Below the pieces are notes generated by a model. It saw only the letters and a list, made by a program, of their open reading frames with translations, had not been told where the DNA came from and did no database searches. A program made the position numbers and the translations under genes. Source: an uncultured Nitrospiraceae bacterium (GTDB taxonomy: Bacteria; Nitrospirota; Thermodesulfovibrionia; Thermodesulfovibrionales; Dissulfurispiraceae). Taken from it: a stretch of DNA of 64,000 nucleotides. Within the stretch, counting starts at the first letter, position 1; each line of letters begins with the position of its first letter. Shown here one piece after another: positions 52,045 through 62,010 of this stretch. The stretch lies in contig CAVSHF010000005.1 of the NCBI GenBank assembly GCA_963727805.1, positions 480,001 to 544,000 of the forward strand. The letters are read 5' to 3'.

Positions 52045-52955
52045 TTCTCGTTCAGAGAATCGAAGGCATGAAGGTCAAGGTTGATTTTCCGTGCATATTT
52101 ATAAACCGGTTCATAATCTTCATCCCTTGTTTCGATAAATTTGCTCGCACCGAATTGCTTCAGGACCTTCTGTCCTTCCGGATCCTGATCCATGTTAAGC
52201 ATGCTCTGTTTTAGTTTTTCCTTGAGTGCACTATTGAGGTCTCTTCGGACCACGATGCCATTTTCAGGGACGGCAGGTGATCTTTCAAGGATCATGAGTT
52301 CGTTGTTGATCCGGCTATCAGAGACTGCAAGTCTCTCGAACACCGTATTCTTTGCTGCACCGATATCGGCCTTCTTGTTCAGCACATCATAAAGTCCATC
52401 TTCATGAGTTCCTGTAAAATAGACTTCTTTCAGATACGTCCTGTAGTTCTTAATGCCCCTCGTTTTGAAATATACCACGGGGAACAGGTAGCCGGCCGTC
52501 GTTTCCTTATCGACAAATGCAAAGCTCTTTCCCTTCATGTCCTTGACCGTTTTAATGCCACTGTCTTTTCTCACAAAAATCAGACCGTAATAGGTTGATA
52601 TGCCGTCGAGGTTCTCGGGACGGGCAAGGACCTCAACGCCTAATTTCGTATGAGCAAGTACATAGGCAAAACTACCTAAGAATGCGGCATCGACGCCTGT
52701 AGAAACAATGTTATCAACGACATTCCCATAGCTGGGAATTACTTTCAAACGCACTGTCGCTCCGGTCTTTGCGGAAAGATACTCAGCAAGGGGCTGGTAT
52801 CTTTCCACCTGGTGGAAAATATTTTGCTCGGGGGGCAGTCCAATAGTGATTACTTGGACCGAAGGCGGTTTTTGCGGAGGGATCTTCCCCTGATTTTTAC
52901 AACCATATGGTGTACAGAGAAGGAGGCATAGAATTATGACTACTCTCTTAGTCAA
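52041..52955 (-). CDS. PhnD/PtxB-like periplasmic binding lipoprotein
   Basis: PLAEYLS, YYGLIFVRKDSGI, FAFVD..TTAGYLFP, FTGTHE; GGAGG before TTG 52955. Confidence 0.85.
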   Translation of the reverse strand: MTKRVVIILCLLLCTPYGCKNQGKIPPQKPPSVQVITIGLPPEQNIFHQVERYQPLAEYLSAKTGATVRLKVIPSYGNVVDNIVSTGVDAAFLGSFAYVLAHTKLGVEVLARPENLDGISTYYGLIFVRKDSGIKTVKDMKGKSFAFVDKETTAGYLFPVVYFKTRGIKNYRTYLKEVYFTGTHEDGLYDVLNKKADIGAAKNTVFERLAVSDSRINNELMILERSPAVPENGIVVRRDLNSALKEKLKQSMLNMDQDPEGQKVLKQFGASKFIETRDEDYEPVYKYARKINLDLHAFDSLNEK

Positions 52956-53176
52956 ATACCCTCCACTACAAATTCGATATGTTTGAATGTTGCCTTGCTC
53001 CATTATAAAACGGCAGTTTTACGGTTAGCAAGTTCGTGTATGTAAATCTTATTAATTTTGTTAGGGAAATAAGATCAAGATTCTTTAATCGCCAGCCTTT
53101 TTGCGATGAATAGGCTTTGGAGTATACAAAGGGAATCGTCCCGACATTTTCGATTGTCCGGTCAAAAATAACTAAC

Positions 53177-54253
53177 CTAATTGCCAGAATCATCTATATA
53201 ATCTCGTATAAACTTTATGCCAGTCCTATATAAATTATGCTCAGAGTGTAAGGTCTCTTTCCAAATGACAATCCCTGTTTTTGCCCTTAAGCCATCCGCA
53301 AACGTTACAAGCATGTCATCAGCGAGAGGAGTGCTTGTCCGGATGCACATCCCCCCTTCGCTGAAATCGTCCACAATAGCATCGAGTATTGATTTCTTCC
53401 AATCTCTGATGTTTATGCTCTCGACAGAATAAGGAGACAGTGGAGCTATCGGGCTTCTCCTGTTCTGCCTTCTCTCGGTGGCCATCCTTCCCCCGACTGC
53501 CCTGCTTTTTTCGACCTCGATCCTATACGTTTCGGGGTCCACTTTTTTTAGACAGTCGGGGCAGATGCCGTGAGTAAAAGAGGCGTCGGAATGTTCCTGA
53601 ACATAAGTTTCCACCTTTTGCCAGTATCCCTTGTCGTCACGTACTTTTTTACACCAGGCACACATGGGGAGCAATCCTGTCAGGATTTTTATCTTAGCGA
53701 AGGCTTCCCGAAGGTCAGTAATGAGCTTCTCTCTTTCTCTTTCAACAAACTTCCGCTGGGCGATATCTTTCTGAAGCTCCTCGTTAAGCTTTTTCAATTC
53801 TGCCGATCGCTCCTCTACGAGATCTTCAAGGTGAAGGCGATGCATTCTGAGTGCCTCTTCGTTCTGCTTCCGCTCTGTTATATCGCGCCAAATCGTTTGA
53901 AAAACCATGGTGTCCCTTACGGCAATCACTTTTGTGATCACGTTGACGTCCCTTATTTCCCCACTTTTGGTCTTATGCCTGACTTCGAAATCAGCCTTCC
54001 CTTTGCTCAACACCTCTGCGATGCTGGCTCGGATCTCTTCAGGCGTCTCATATGGATCAATATCCGCCAGGCTCAGTCTTGCAAACTCCTCACGGGAATA
54101 GCCGAGCTGGAGGTGGGTCGCCTCATTAAAATCAATTATTCCCCCCCGGGTGTCGATGATCAGGATACCGTCAGGGGATTGCTCAAACATTGCCCTGTAC
54201 AGCAGTTCTGCCGGGATGATTCCATTATCATCTTTTTTCCGAGAGAGGCTCAT
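53177..54253 (-). CDS. PAS + coiled coil + Cys4 metal-binding motif + PilZ protein
   Basis: PAS ending RDITERK; CAWCKK...HGICPDC; RRQNR and DFSEGG PilZ motifs. Confidence 0.82.
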   Translation of the reverse strand: MSLSRKKDDNGIIPAELLYRAMFEQSPDGILIIDTRGGIIDFNEATHLQLGYSREEFARLSLADIDPYETPEEIRASIAEVLSKGKADFEVRHKTKSGEIRDVNVITKVIAVRDTMVFQTIWRDITERKQNEEALRMHRLHLEDLVEERSAELKKLNEELQKDIAQRKFVEREREKLITDLREAFAKIKILTGLLPMCAWCKKVRDDKGYWQKVETYVQEHSDASFTHGICPDCLKKVDPETYRIEVEKSRAVGGRMATERRQNRRSPIAPLSPYSVESINIRDWKKSILDAIVDDFSEGGMCIRTSTPLADDMLVTFADGLRAKTGIVIWKETLHSEHNLYRTGIKFIRDYIDDSGN

Positions 54254-54580
54254 AACAATTAGTGATCCGTTCTATCATAATGTCCGCCTGGAGAGAAACT
54301 CACGCTATTTATTATATTAACAGAAAAAAGGGATATTCTATTGGTGCTGCAAGTAGTCAGCGATCTTTGTATAGTAATAGTAATAGTAATTGAGGCAACT
54401 GCTGGATGAAGAGTGCAATATACACAGATGGTTCATTTCTGATTTCAGTGTGTAGGCAGGCGACATGCAAATGGTGCTATCAGATTATGCCCTGATTCAG
54501 TAATCTATAGGGACATAGATGGTTCTATCCGGCTATACTTATCGGATACAGAGGCGTTGAGGAATTAAATCAGAAATCCC

Positions 54581-55294
54581 ATGGGTCAAAAAACTACTCA
54601 AGGTTCGAACAGCCAAGCCGACAAGTCGGCCGGCCTCCACTGCTTCATGGATATCGTGGCCAGGGAGGCAGGTGAGTATGCCGCTGATCATACAACTCCC
54701 ATGTCCACACTCCTCGAGGAAATCGAAGATTTTACCATGACAAGGACATCACATCCTAGTATGCTCACCGGACGCGTTGCAGGCCGGTTCCTGCAGTTAG
54801 CAGCCCAATTGTCCGGGGCACAACACATCGTCGAAATCGGTACCTTTACCGGCTACTCGGCCCTTGCCATGGCCGAGGTATTACCCGAAAACGGCGAAAT
54901 TCTGACCATCGAGCATAATCCCGATCATGTCAAGATTGCACAGGATTTCTTCGACAGAAGTCCCTACGGCTTTAAAATTATCCTGCGGATGGGCGAGGCC
55001 TTGGAAATCCTGAAGTCCCTGCCCGATGCAAAAACCGACTTTGTCTTCATCGACGCCGATAAACAAAACTATAGCGCGTATTACAGAGAATCGATGCGGA
55101 TTACACGAAATGGCGGCTTAATCCTTGCTGACAATGCCCTGTGGTATGGAAGGGTCTTTGATCCGAAGGATGACGAAAGCTTAGCAATTGCTAACTTCAA
55201 TGAACTTGTAAAAGCAGACAATAGGACTGAAAAGCTGTTCCTCACCATACGTGACGGCATTTATTTAATAAAGAAACGCGCTAGCTTTGTATAA
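54581..55294 (+). CDS. O-methyltransferase (caffeoyl-CoA OMT-like)
   Basis: VEIGTFTGYSAL, FVFIDADK, GGLILADNALW; start possibly 54647. Confidence 0.9.
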   Translation: MGQKTTQGSNSQADKSAGLHCFMDIVAREAGEYAADHTTPMSTLLEEIEDFTMTRTSHPSMLTGRVAGRFLQLAAQLSGAQHIVEIGTFTGYSALAMAEVLPENGEILTIEHNPDHVKIAQDFFDRSPYGFKIILRMGEALEILKSLPDAKTDFVFIDADKQNYSAYYRESMRITRNGGLILADNALWYGRVFDPKDDESLAIANFNELVKADNRTEKLFLTIRDGIYLIKKRASFV

Positions 55295-55450
55295 TTCCGA
55301 ACATACAGGGGCCAAGTCTCTCGTCCCTATTAGGTTTTTGAACTATTGCACTCTATGCATTGTCGTCCCAATTATTTTTTAACGGAGCTGGAACCCACTA
55401 ATATTAAAGATTGTTATCGGAACTGCGTATTCAATCGGTGTGTCATCAAA

Positions 55451-55487
55451 ATAGGCGTCGTTCTGTTGTGAACAGAATGACGCTTAT
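55451..55487. terminator. 17-bp hairpin between convergent genes
   Basis: ATAGGCGTCGTTCTGTT-gtg-AACAGAATGACGCTTAT (two G-U pairs). Confidence 0.45.
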
Positions 55488-55620
55488 TCATACTCCACAG
55501 AAATTACGATGAAAGTATATAAAGACTTTTTCTCGGTAGACTCAGTTCTAGAACTGATAGATTTGCATTCCTTTTGCACCGAGTTAAAGACTGAAATGAT
55601 CTGGTCTCCTGAAATAATTC

Positions 55621-56085
55621 CTAATTGCAGGCGAAAAACGTTACATATGTCCCGACTATTGAAATGCCAGCCCTTTGAATGTCATCTGCGAGCATATTCT
55701 TATCATGCCCGCTCGAGTTTTTCCAGGCAATAAAAAGCTCTTTGGCTGTACGGTAATTCCATCCTACATTTTCAACGCAACTGGTATGTCCCGAGTTCTT
55801 GAACCTCTGATCAAAATTGTCATGACAAAGAACGCCACGCCTTTGCATCTCGGCACAATGATCTTGTGCGAGGTGCGCCAACCTATCGTCGAAAGAGAGA
55901 GGCTTAAGGCCGCTACTCATCCGGTAATGATTGATCTGTGAAATCAACTCTTTAATATAGTATGCAGGCTTGCTGATGTATATTGTCGTATCTGAAGCCG
56001 ATGCGGCGGAGTAAAAGAGAAAGGCGGATAGTATGGCTGATATAATCATTCGCATACATAATATTAATATGATACAGGAATACAT
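55621..56085 (-). CDS. CAP/SCP domain exported protein
   Basis: INHYR..GLKPL, AQDH, ENVG, WKNSSGHDKNML. Confidence 0.87.
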   Translation of the reverse strand: MYSCIILILCMRMIISAILSAFLFYSAASASDTTIYISKPAYYIKELISQINHYRMSSGLKPLSFDDRLAHLAQDHCAEMQRRGVLCHDNFDQRFKNSGHTSCVENVGWNYRTAKELFIAWKNSSGHDKNMLADDIQRAGISIVGTYVTFFACN

Positions 56086-56254
56086 TTAGTGATCGTGCTC
56101 ACAGACAGAAGAAAAATATAGTGCGGGAGGAGGGGCTAACTTCAAAAGAGAGGTGGACTGCTTAGGTCCCCTCTGCCTTTATGATTGATTTCACTATTTG
56201 CGTTTGCAAAGGTCGTCAACATCCTGACACTGTAAATTCACTGCAAATATTGAT

Positions 56255-57145
56255 ATGCTTGTTATCATGAAGGTAATTGGGAAAAGAGGGAAAGAGCGTG
56301 TACACTGGATTTCTCAGTTGGTAGCAAATAAGATGGCATTGTTCGCACTTATTGTAGCTTCGTGCACTCCGAATCTTTATCAGGGCCAAAAGGGAACGGA
56401 ACCCGTTCACCCGCAGCACCTATCCGCGGAATCAAGAAAAAGTGGCTTCCTAGCTGAGGCTCGCTCTGCGGCCGCGTCAGTCGATGATGCTTTATCGGCC
56501 TGTCTCAAGTGTCATCAATATACGGAAAACCACCATCCTGTCGATTTTGTCCCTGCTCGTTCATCCAATTTCCCTTTTCCGCTATATGACGGAAAAGTCG
56601 AATGTCTGACCTGTCATATCGACAATCATATGGGAAGTGAGCCGCACATGCTACGAGGAGGGCCTTATACTAACCGAAGAGAGATTTGTTTCAAATGTCA
56701 CTACGAAGAAGACTATGCTCAGATTTATCCCCATAGTATGCTGGATAACGAAGGTAGAATTTTGCAGGTAAATGGTAACCCAGTATGTCTCGTATGCCAT
56801 GCCAAAACACCAGATCCCAAGGTTGACAGAACAAAAGACGTGGCATTCAGAGCGGACGTGGCCTTCCTCTGCTGGCGCTGCCACTCTCTGATGGCGCAAC
56901 TAACACTTAATAGGCATATCCTTATGAAGCCATCAGCAAATATGCTCCGGGATATAGAACAATACGAGCAGGAGATGAAGGTGACCATTCCACTTGTACC
57001 GCGGGAGCGTATTACTTGTTCTACTTGTCATAATCCTCATGAGAAAGGGGTCATCACTTATGAACCTTCCGCTAAGGGAGCAGACGAGCCCCAAAGGCTT
57101 CGTCTGCAGTCGCCAGCTATTTGTTTAGTATGTCACAAAATGTGA
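56255..57145 (+). CDS. 7-heme cytochrome c, probable lipoprotein
   Basis: 7 CxxCH; VAS-C lipobox-like; start uncertain. Confidence 0.87.
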   Translation: MLVIMKVIGKRGKERVHWISQLVANKMALFALIVASCTPNLYQGQKGTEPVHPQHLSAESRKSGFLAEARSAAASVDDALSACLKCHQYTENHHPVDFVPARSSNFPFPLYDGKVECLTCHIDNHMGSEPHMLRGGPYTNRREICFKCHYEEDYAQIYPHSMLDNEGRILQVNGNPVCLVCHAKTPDPKVDRTKDVAFRADVAFLCWRCHSLMAQLTLNRHILMKPSANMLRDIEQYEQEMKVTIPLVPRERITCSTCHNPHEKGVITYEPSAKGADEPQRLRLQSPAICLVCHKM

Positions 57146-57167
57146 ACAGAAGAATCCTTAAGATTGA

Positions 57168-57289
57168 TTAAGTTCCTTGCCGAGTCTCCACAAGATCGAC
57201 CACGACTGTAGGATCCGCAAGTGTCGAGGTATCGCCAAGGGCGTCTATCTCGCCCTTGCGATTTTTCTCCATATCCTTCTCATGATCTA
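57168..57289 (-). pseudogene. acs: 3' remnant of acetyl-CoA synthetase
   Basis: IMRRIWRKIA / GEIDALGDTSTLADPTVV..*, the conserved Acs C-terminus, frameshifted. Confidence 0.72.
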
Positions 57290-57859
57290 TCTTTGCTATT
57301 AACTTCCTCTTCTTGGGAAAGCCACAACGTAAGCCTCTACTGCAATGTATAATGCGTCAAATAAGGAGAAGAGTATATAAAAGGTCTTTCACTGTGGCCA
57401 TATCCTGACTAGATAAAATGCGATAGATTTGACGAAGGTGGCAATGATAGCTATGCTGCCCTTATACAGACGAATACGAATATTACGATATTTAAAGACG
57501 ATTTCAATCACCTGGCATGCTTGAGGAGATCATGCAGTTATCAGGCATGGAATCACATCAAAAATAACGAAATTGTCATCAGTCAAAAAAATTATTTCTC
57601 TAGGTATTCAATATATTCAATCAACGCCTGCAAGTCTGTCGGTTTTGTCAGTCTCGTCGCGATTAGCCATCACAAGTAATAACTGTCAGTCTTTACAGTT
57701 TCAGGATAACCCCGTGAAGCGCACTTCACGAGACCATAACTTAAGAGCTGCTCAAATCTCCCCAAACGAGGACATTGATCCTGATATCAGACAATGGCAC
57801 TTGGACCCACTTTTTATATATAACGTTATTTATCAGTTAGTTTAAGCTGGTCTTCAGAA

Positions 57860-57875
57860 TGGCATGCCAGTTGCA
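57860..57875 (+). promoter_or_regulatory. sigma54 promoter
   Basis: TGGCATGCCAGTTGCA, 50 nt upstream of ATG 57926. Confidence 0.68.
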
Positions 57876-57925
57876 AAATATAATTACAATGCAGCAAAAA
57901 TAAAAATAAAAAAGAGGTATATCGC

Positions 57926-58294
57926 ATGAAGAAAGTACTCGCATTGATCGTTGTTCTCCTATTCGCTCTTTCCGTAACCGCAGTATTCGCAGCTGACAAG
58001 GCTATGGATACAAAGGCGCCTACGACGATGGAAGAGAAGAAGATGGACGACCAGAAGGCAGCAGCCGACAAGAAGGCCGACGCCAAGAAAGCAGCAGCCG
58101 ACAAAAAGGCAGCAGCCAAGAAAGCAGCAGCCGACAAAAAAGCAGCAGCCAAGCAAAAAGCAGCCGACAAAAAAGCAGCAGCCAAGCAAAAAGCAGCCGA
58201 CAAGAAGGCAGCAGCCGAGCAGAAGGCAGCTGACACAAAAGCAGCAGCCGACAAAAAGGCGGCCGACAAGAAGGATGCAGTCGACAAAAAATAG
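57926..58294 (+). CDS. Exported Lys/Ala-rich low-complexity repeat protein
   Basis: GAGGT SD; signal peptide VFA-A; KAA(A)DKK repeats. Confidence 0.85.
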   Translation: MKKVLALIVVLLFALSVTAVFAADKAMDTKAPTTMEEKKMDDQKAAADKKADAKKAAADKKAAAKKAAADKKAAAKQKAADKKAAAKQKAADKKAAAEQKAADTKAAADKKAADKKDAVDKK

Positions 58295-58317
58295 TTTTTG
58301 CGATCTTTCATAAGTAG

Positions 58318-58356
58318 ATAAAAGGGCAGGTGCTTCGGCACATGCCCTTTTATTTT
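58318..58356. terminator. Bidirectional Rho-independent terminator
   Basis: ATAAAAGGGCAgGTGC-ttcg-GCACaTGCCCTTTTAT. Confidence 0.85.
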
Positions 58357-58500
58357 CGATCAAGAAGGGCAAGTGAAGTGCTCAAAATCCCTCGTGTTTC
58401 CTATCAAATGCGGATTCCGAGTGTATAGTATTGTGATTTATGAGTGCATTGCGGGATAATCCACGATTGTTCGCTTCAGCCAATCCTGGTTCACGTAGGA

Positions 58501-58872
58501 TTAATTGCGCCTGATTTCGGCCTTGATGGTTAACGTCACCTTCGGCCTTGCGGGGTCATTACTGTAAACACTTATGCTTTTTACGAGTGTGCCATTAGCG
58601 TTCCCTACGTCGACTGTCACGTTAATACTACCTTTTTCGCCGGGTTTGATCTGGCTCGAACTAGCCATTACCGCAGTGCAACCTCAAGACGGGTACAACT
58701 TCTCAATAAGCAAGTCTTCAGTCCCTCGATTGTATAGCTCAAAACTGTACTGTAACGCACTGCTCCCATTCACTATTGCAAAATCATGAACCTCGGAGTC
58801 AAAGCTGATAAAAGGCTGTGCGAAAGCCATGGGTGGCCACAACAACATCAAAAAGAACACTATCTTCTTCAT
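58501..58872 (-). CDS. DUF1573-like exported Ig-fold protein with in-frame UGA (candidate selenoprotein)
   Basis: HDF...FELYNRGTEDLLIEKLYPS-[TGA 58686-58684]-GCTAV...IKPGEKG...KSISVYSNDPARP; frame stays open for 60 more codons. Confidence 0.8.
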
Positions 58873-59257
58873 ATGCACAGTATAGCATAATTAGTGTAGC
58901 CCGTCTGCAAAGAGTTACCTGTCAGATGTATATGAATGTAAGATTACCTCTTGAGTCGATTTTAGTGCCTGCACTTCCTGCCATCGCTGAACGACGTCGA
59001 ACGAAATTCTCAAGTCGGTCAGAAACTGCATACCGGTTCACTATGAAAATAGGGGAGAAGCCGTAGCTTGATGCTACTACTATTAGGAGTAAAGCGAAGT
59101 CGATAACGTTTTCGGCCTGCTTTTCACAACCGAAAGATGTCCGCTAGTCTGCAAGAAATAGCGTTAGCGGTCTGTGAGAAGGAGACCGATGTTTCGCGTG
59201 TTTCGCGTGGTTGCTTTGTCTCTCATCTTTGATAGAATAGAATAAGGTGATCACAGT

Positions 59258-59725
59258 ATGAAAGCTTTCACTCATTCAGTTTACACACTCCTTCTTGCCC
59301 TCTGGGTAGGGGGTATAAGCCTTTTTACATTCATAGTGACGCCTGATATCTTCAGTGCATACAGCAGAGATGCAGCGGGGAAGATCGTAGGGGAGCTTTT
59401 TCCGCACTATTTCCTGTTCACCCTCGTCGTTTCAATACTCGTACTCTTAGTCCTCCCTCTTTGCAAGTCCCTTTTCGGGCAAGCTGCCCTCCGCTGGTCG
59501 CTTTCGTTTGCCATCATTGCTGTCGCTATCAATACATTTGTGACGTTCAAGCTCTATCCAGAAATCCTTCGGGTTAAGCAGGAGGTCCAGTCCTTTCAAT
59601 CGCTCCCGGAAGCGCCAGAGAGGAAAACTTTCCGAAAGCTCCATGCCGTAAGTGCAACGCTTAACCTCATGCTCCTCGCTGATGGAGTCACCCTGCTCCT
59701 CATCAGCACATCCCTTAAACGATAG
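59258..59725 (+). CDS. DUF4149-like membrane protein
   Basis: Four TMs; LWVGG, AGKIVGELF, FRKLHAVS. Confidence 0.85.
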   Translation: MKAFTHSVYTLLLALWVGGISLFTFIVTPDIFSAYSRDAAGKIVGELFPHYFLFTLVVSILVLLVLPLCKSLFGQAALRWSLSFAIIAVAINTFVTFKLYPEILRVKQEVQSFQSLPEAPERKTFRKLHAVSATLNLMLLADGVTLLLISTSLKR

Positions 59726-60604
59726 TCTCAGCGGTCTTCCTCTAATGTGTCTGATATTCTAAAAGAAGTACTCCGTAATCTTCACTTCTGAGGAGGAAGG
59801 CAAGCCGCAGAATGGCATTTTTCGGGACCCTGCAGTTTAAGCCCCGTACTGCGTATCCCCATCTCGGTGACAACACCTACACCCATTTATTGAATTGGAC
59901 AAAAATATTTTAACAGTTCTCTATGTTCTATTTTCAATGAGTTCATTATGACCGTATTGTTATTCTTACACACTCTATTTTTATGCTAGCCGGCATGGAA
60001 TCATATCGAAAATAATAAAAAAGTGTAATGGTGAAATATCTTCGCAAGATATCTAAGACCTACACCATATTATCACTCTCTCAGCCTTGTGTGGCGATTA
60101 CGCTCAAACATGGTTCAAATGAGTATGCGCCCGAATTTCTTTGGAGGTAGTATTGCAGAAAAGCCCCCTTTTTCATGCCCTGCATCTTTTGCCACGTACG
60201 GCTGATGGCTATTTTGACGACTTCACCTACACTGTTTTGGGGTATACCGGAAAGGTGTGTAATTCCAGTTCAACTGCGGATTAAAAATAGCAGCAGACCA
60301 GTTCACGGGTTTCCCGGAAGTCAACAGTCATGGTGAGTTAAGAAACAGTGACGCATTAGTTGGGAAATTTACACTGTCAAAAAACTTGTTTCGACGGAGG
60401 ATAAGGCCAGCTCAAACAGATCCCAACAGATGCCGTTCATGGCGAGCAAATCTCTGCCACTGCAGATTTTGCCAGCTAACTTGCCGACGCGGTGATACTT
60501 GAAAATGAGGCATGCCGAAAATAATCGTCATTGTGCTGAGCAGTTGCGAAAGATGCTTATTCGAAGTCGTCGAACTTTGGACAAAACTTCAATGACGATA
60601 ATTG

Positions 60605-61471
60605 TCACATGCTCAGAACTGGAATCGGCACCGCGCAAAGGATTGCGTAGCCATGGGTCCGCAGGTGACGGCCATAAGGGCGGCACCCGGTAACCAGCAA
60701 GTCCGCCTTTGTCTGCTTTACAGCTTGGCTCAGCACCATAGGCACGTCACCACAACCAATGTATACGTCTGCCTTGATCCCCATGGTTTGCTGGAACTCC
60801 GCCATATGCCGAGAAGCGTAGCCAACATACTCCTTTTTCAACTCTCGATTGACGTAGTTGCCACCCGGCCCCCACAACTCCACTCCGGGAGTGACGTGAG
60901 CGAGCGTGAGACGGGCACCAAATTTGTCGGCAATTTGCACAGCCCACGACACAGCTTTGTCATTATGAGCGGTAAAATCTACTGCGCATAGGACATGGCG
61001 AATCGCAAACTCCTGCACTGGCGATTTTTCCACGTGGGCGTCGGTCCAAACCGGGCACTCGGTCCCGTGAAGTACTTTCGCTGTCACAGAGCCCAGAAGA
61101 AACTCGTTGAACGTGTAGCCATAGGACGGCATCATGATCAGATCGGCTTTTTCCTCCTGAGCCGTCTCCACAATTGACCAGGCCGCGTCGCCTTCGACCA
61201 ATAAGCACCGAATGGTGACGTCTTCAAGCTCCGGCCCGAGAGACTCATCCAAGTTTTTCTTGGCCTCTCTGGTGATCTCCGCCATCATATCCCAACCAGC
61301 AAGCTCGGGGCCATCCTTTGGCACACAGGCGGGTTGGCTCAGCGGTGTCACGACGTGCAACATCACGATCTCAGAATGGAAATGGTGGGCCAATGTCGCA
61401 GCCTGATGAATTACATGCAGTGAGGTATTCGGGAAATCAACCGGAAGAAGTATTTTCTTAATATTCAGCAT
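60605..61471 (-). CDS. Tandem-domain universal stress protein
   Basis: ILLPVDF, LLGSVTAKVLH..CPV, VLCAVDF. Confidence 0.9.
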   Translation of the reverse strand: MLNIKKILLPVDFPNTSLHVIHQAATLAHHFHSEIVMLHVVTPLSQPACVPKDGPELAGWDMMAEITREAKKNLDESLGPELEDVTIRCLLVEGDAAWSIVETAQEEKADLIMMPSYGYTFNEFLLGSVTAKVLHGTECPVWTDAHVEKSPVQEFAIRHVLCAVDFTAHNDKAVSWAVQIADKFGARLTLAHVTPGVELWGPGGNYVNRELKKEYVGYASRHMAEFQQTMGIKADVYIGCGDVPMVLSQAVKQTKADLLVTGCRPYGRHLRTHGYAILCAVPIPVLSM

Positions 61472-61728
61472 CGCCCACCATCCGAAAAATCAAACTCGAC
61501 TTTCAGTCTATCGCCAGGAGAGCCTCTATAATCTCGAATAGAACGCTGGAAAGCACCTGTGACCTTTGTAAGAACCCAACTGGGGTCCATGGGGCTTTGA
61601 TAATATAACAAATCTGTCAACGCCCCAGAAAGACCAAACAAAATGACTCACCTGCGATGTGTTGGAGAAAAAAGCCTCTTCCTCGCGCTCTCATATATGT
61701 TGGCCGCCGACTACATTGATGCTTTTTG

Positions 61729-62010
61729 TCACCAAGTTCTCTCGTATAAGGACTTAGTCTTGGCTGTTATCTTTGCAACTAATTTACTGTTAGCAGTTGT
61801 AGATTTCTTCTTTGCAGCCACCTTTTTAGCGGTAGGTTCCTTGGAAGCTATTTCTTTTTTGGATGCAGGCATCGCAGTAGCGATTGCAGTCTGTCTGGAA
61901 TGCACAATTTTTTCCGCTTCAACCCAGTATTCGAGATCGTGGCCATGAATGCAACCATATTTCTGATACAGTTCATAGGCAATCTTTTCAATTTCTGCTC
62001 TTTTATCCAT
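61729..62010 (-). CDS. DUF2934-like protein with basic tail
   Basis: IEKIAYELY..G...GHDLEYWVEAE; GGAGG SD. Confidence 0.82.
   Translation of the reverse strand: MDKRAEIEKIAYELYQKYGCIHGHDLEYWVEAEKIVHSRQTAIATAMPASKKEIASKEPTAKKVAAKKKSTTANSKLVAKITAKTKSLYERTW

Noticed and set aside
54371..54390. (ATAGTA)x3 microsatellite
   Set aside because: Short, AT-rich and with no supportable function
58050..58275. CRISPR-like array
   Set aside because: In-frame coding repeats with no unique spacers and no cas genes
57826..58372. Cys-rich and hydrophobic minus-strand ORFs
   Set aside because: Antisense shadows of the Lys/Ala repeat gene, which has the promoter, SD and signal peptide
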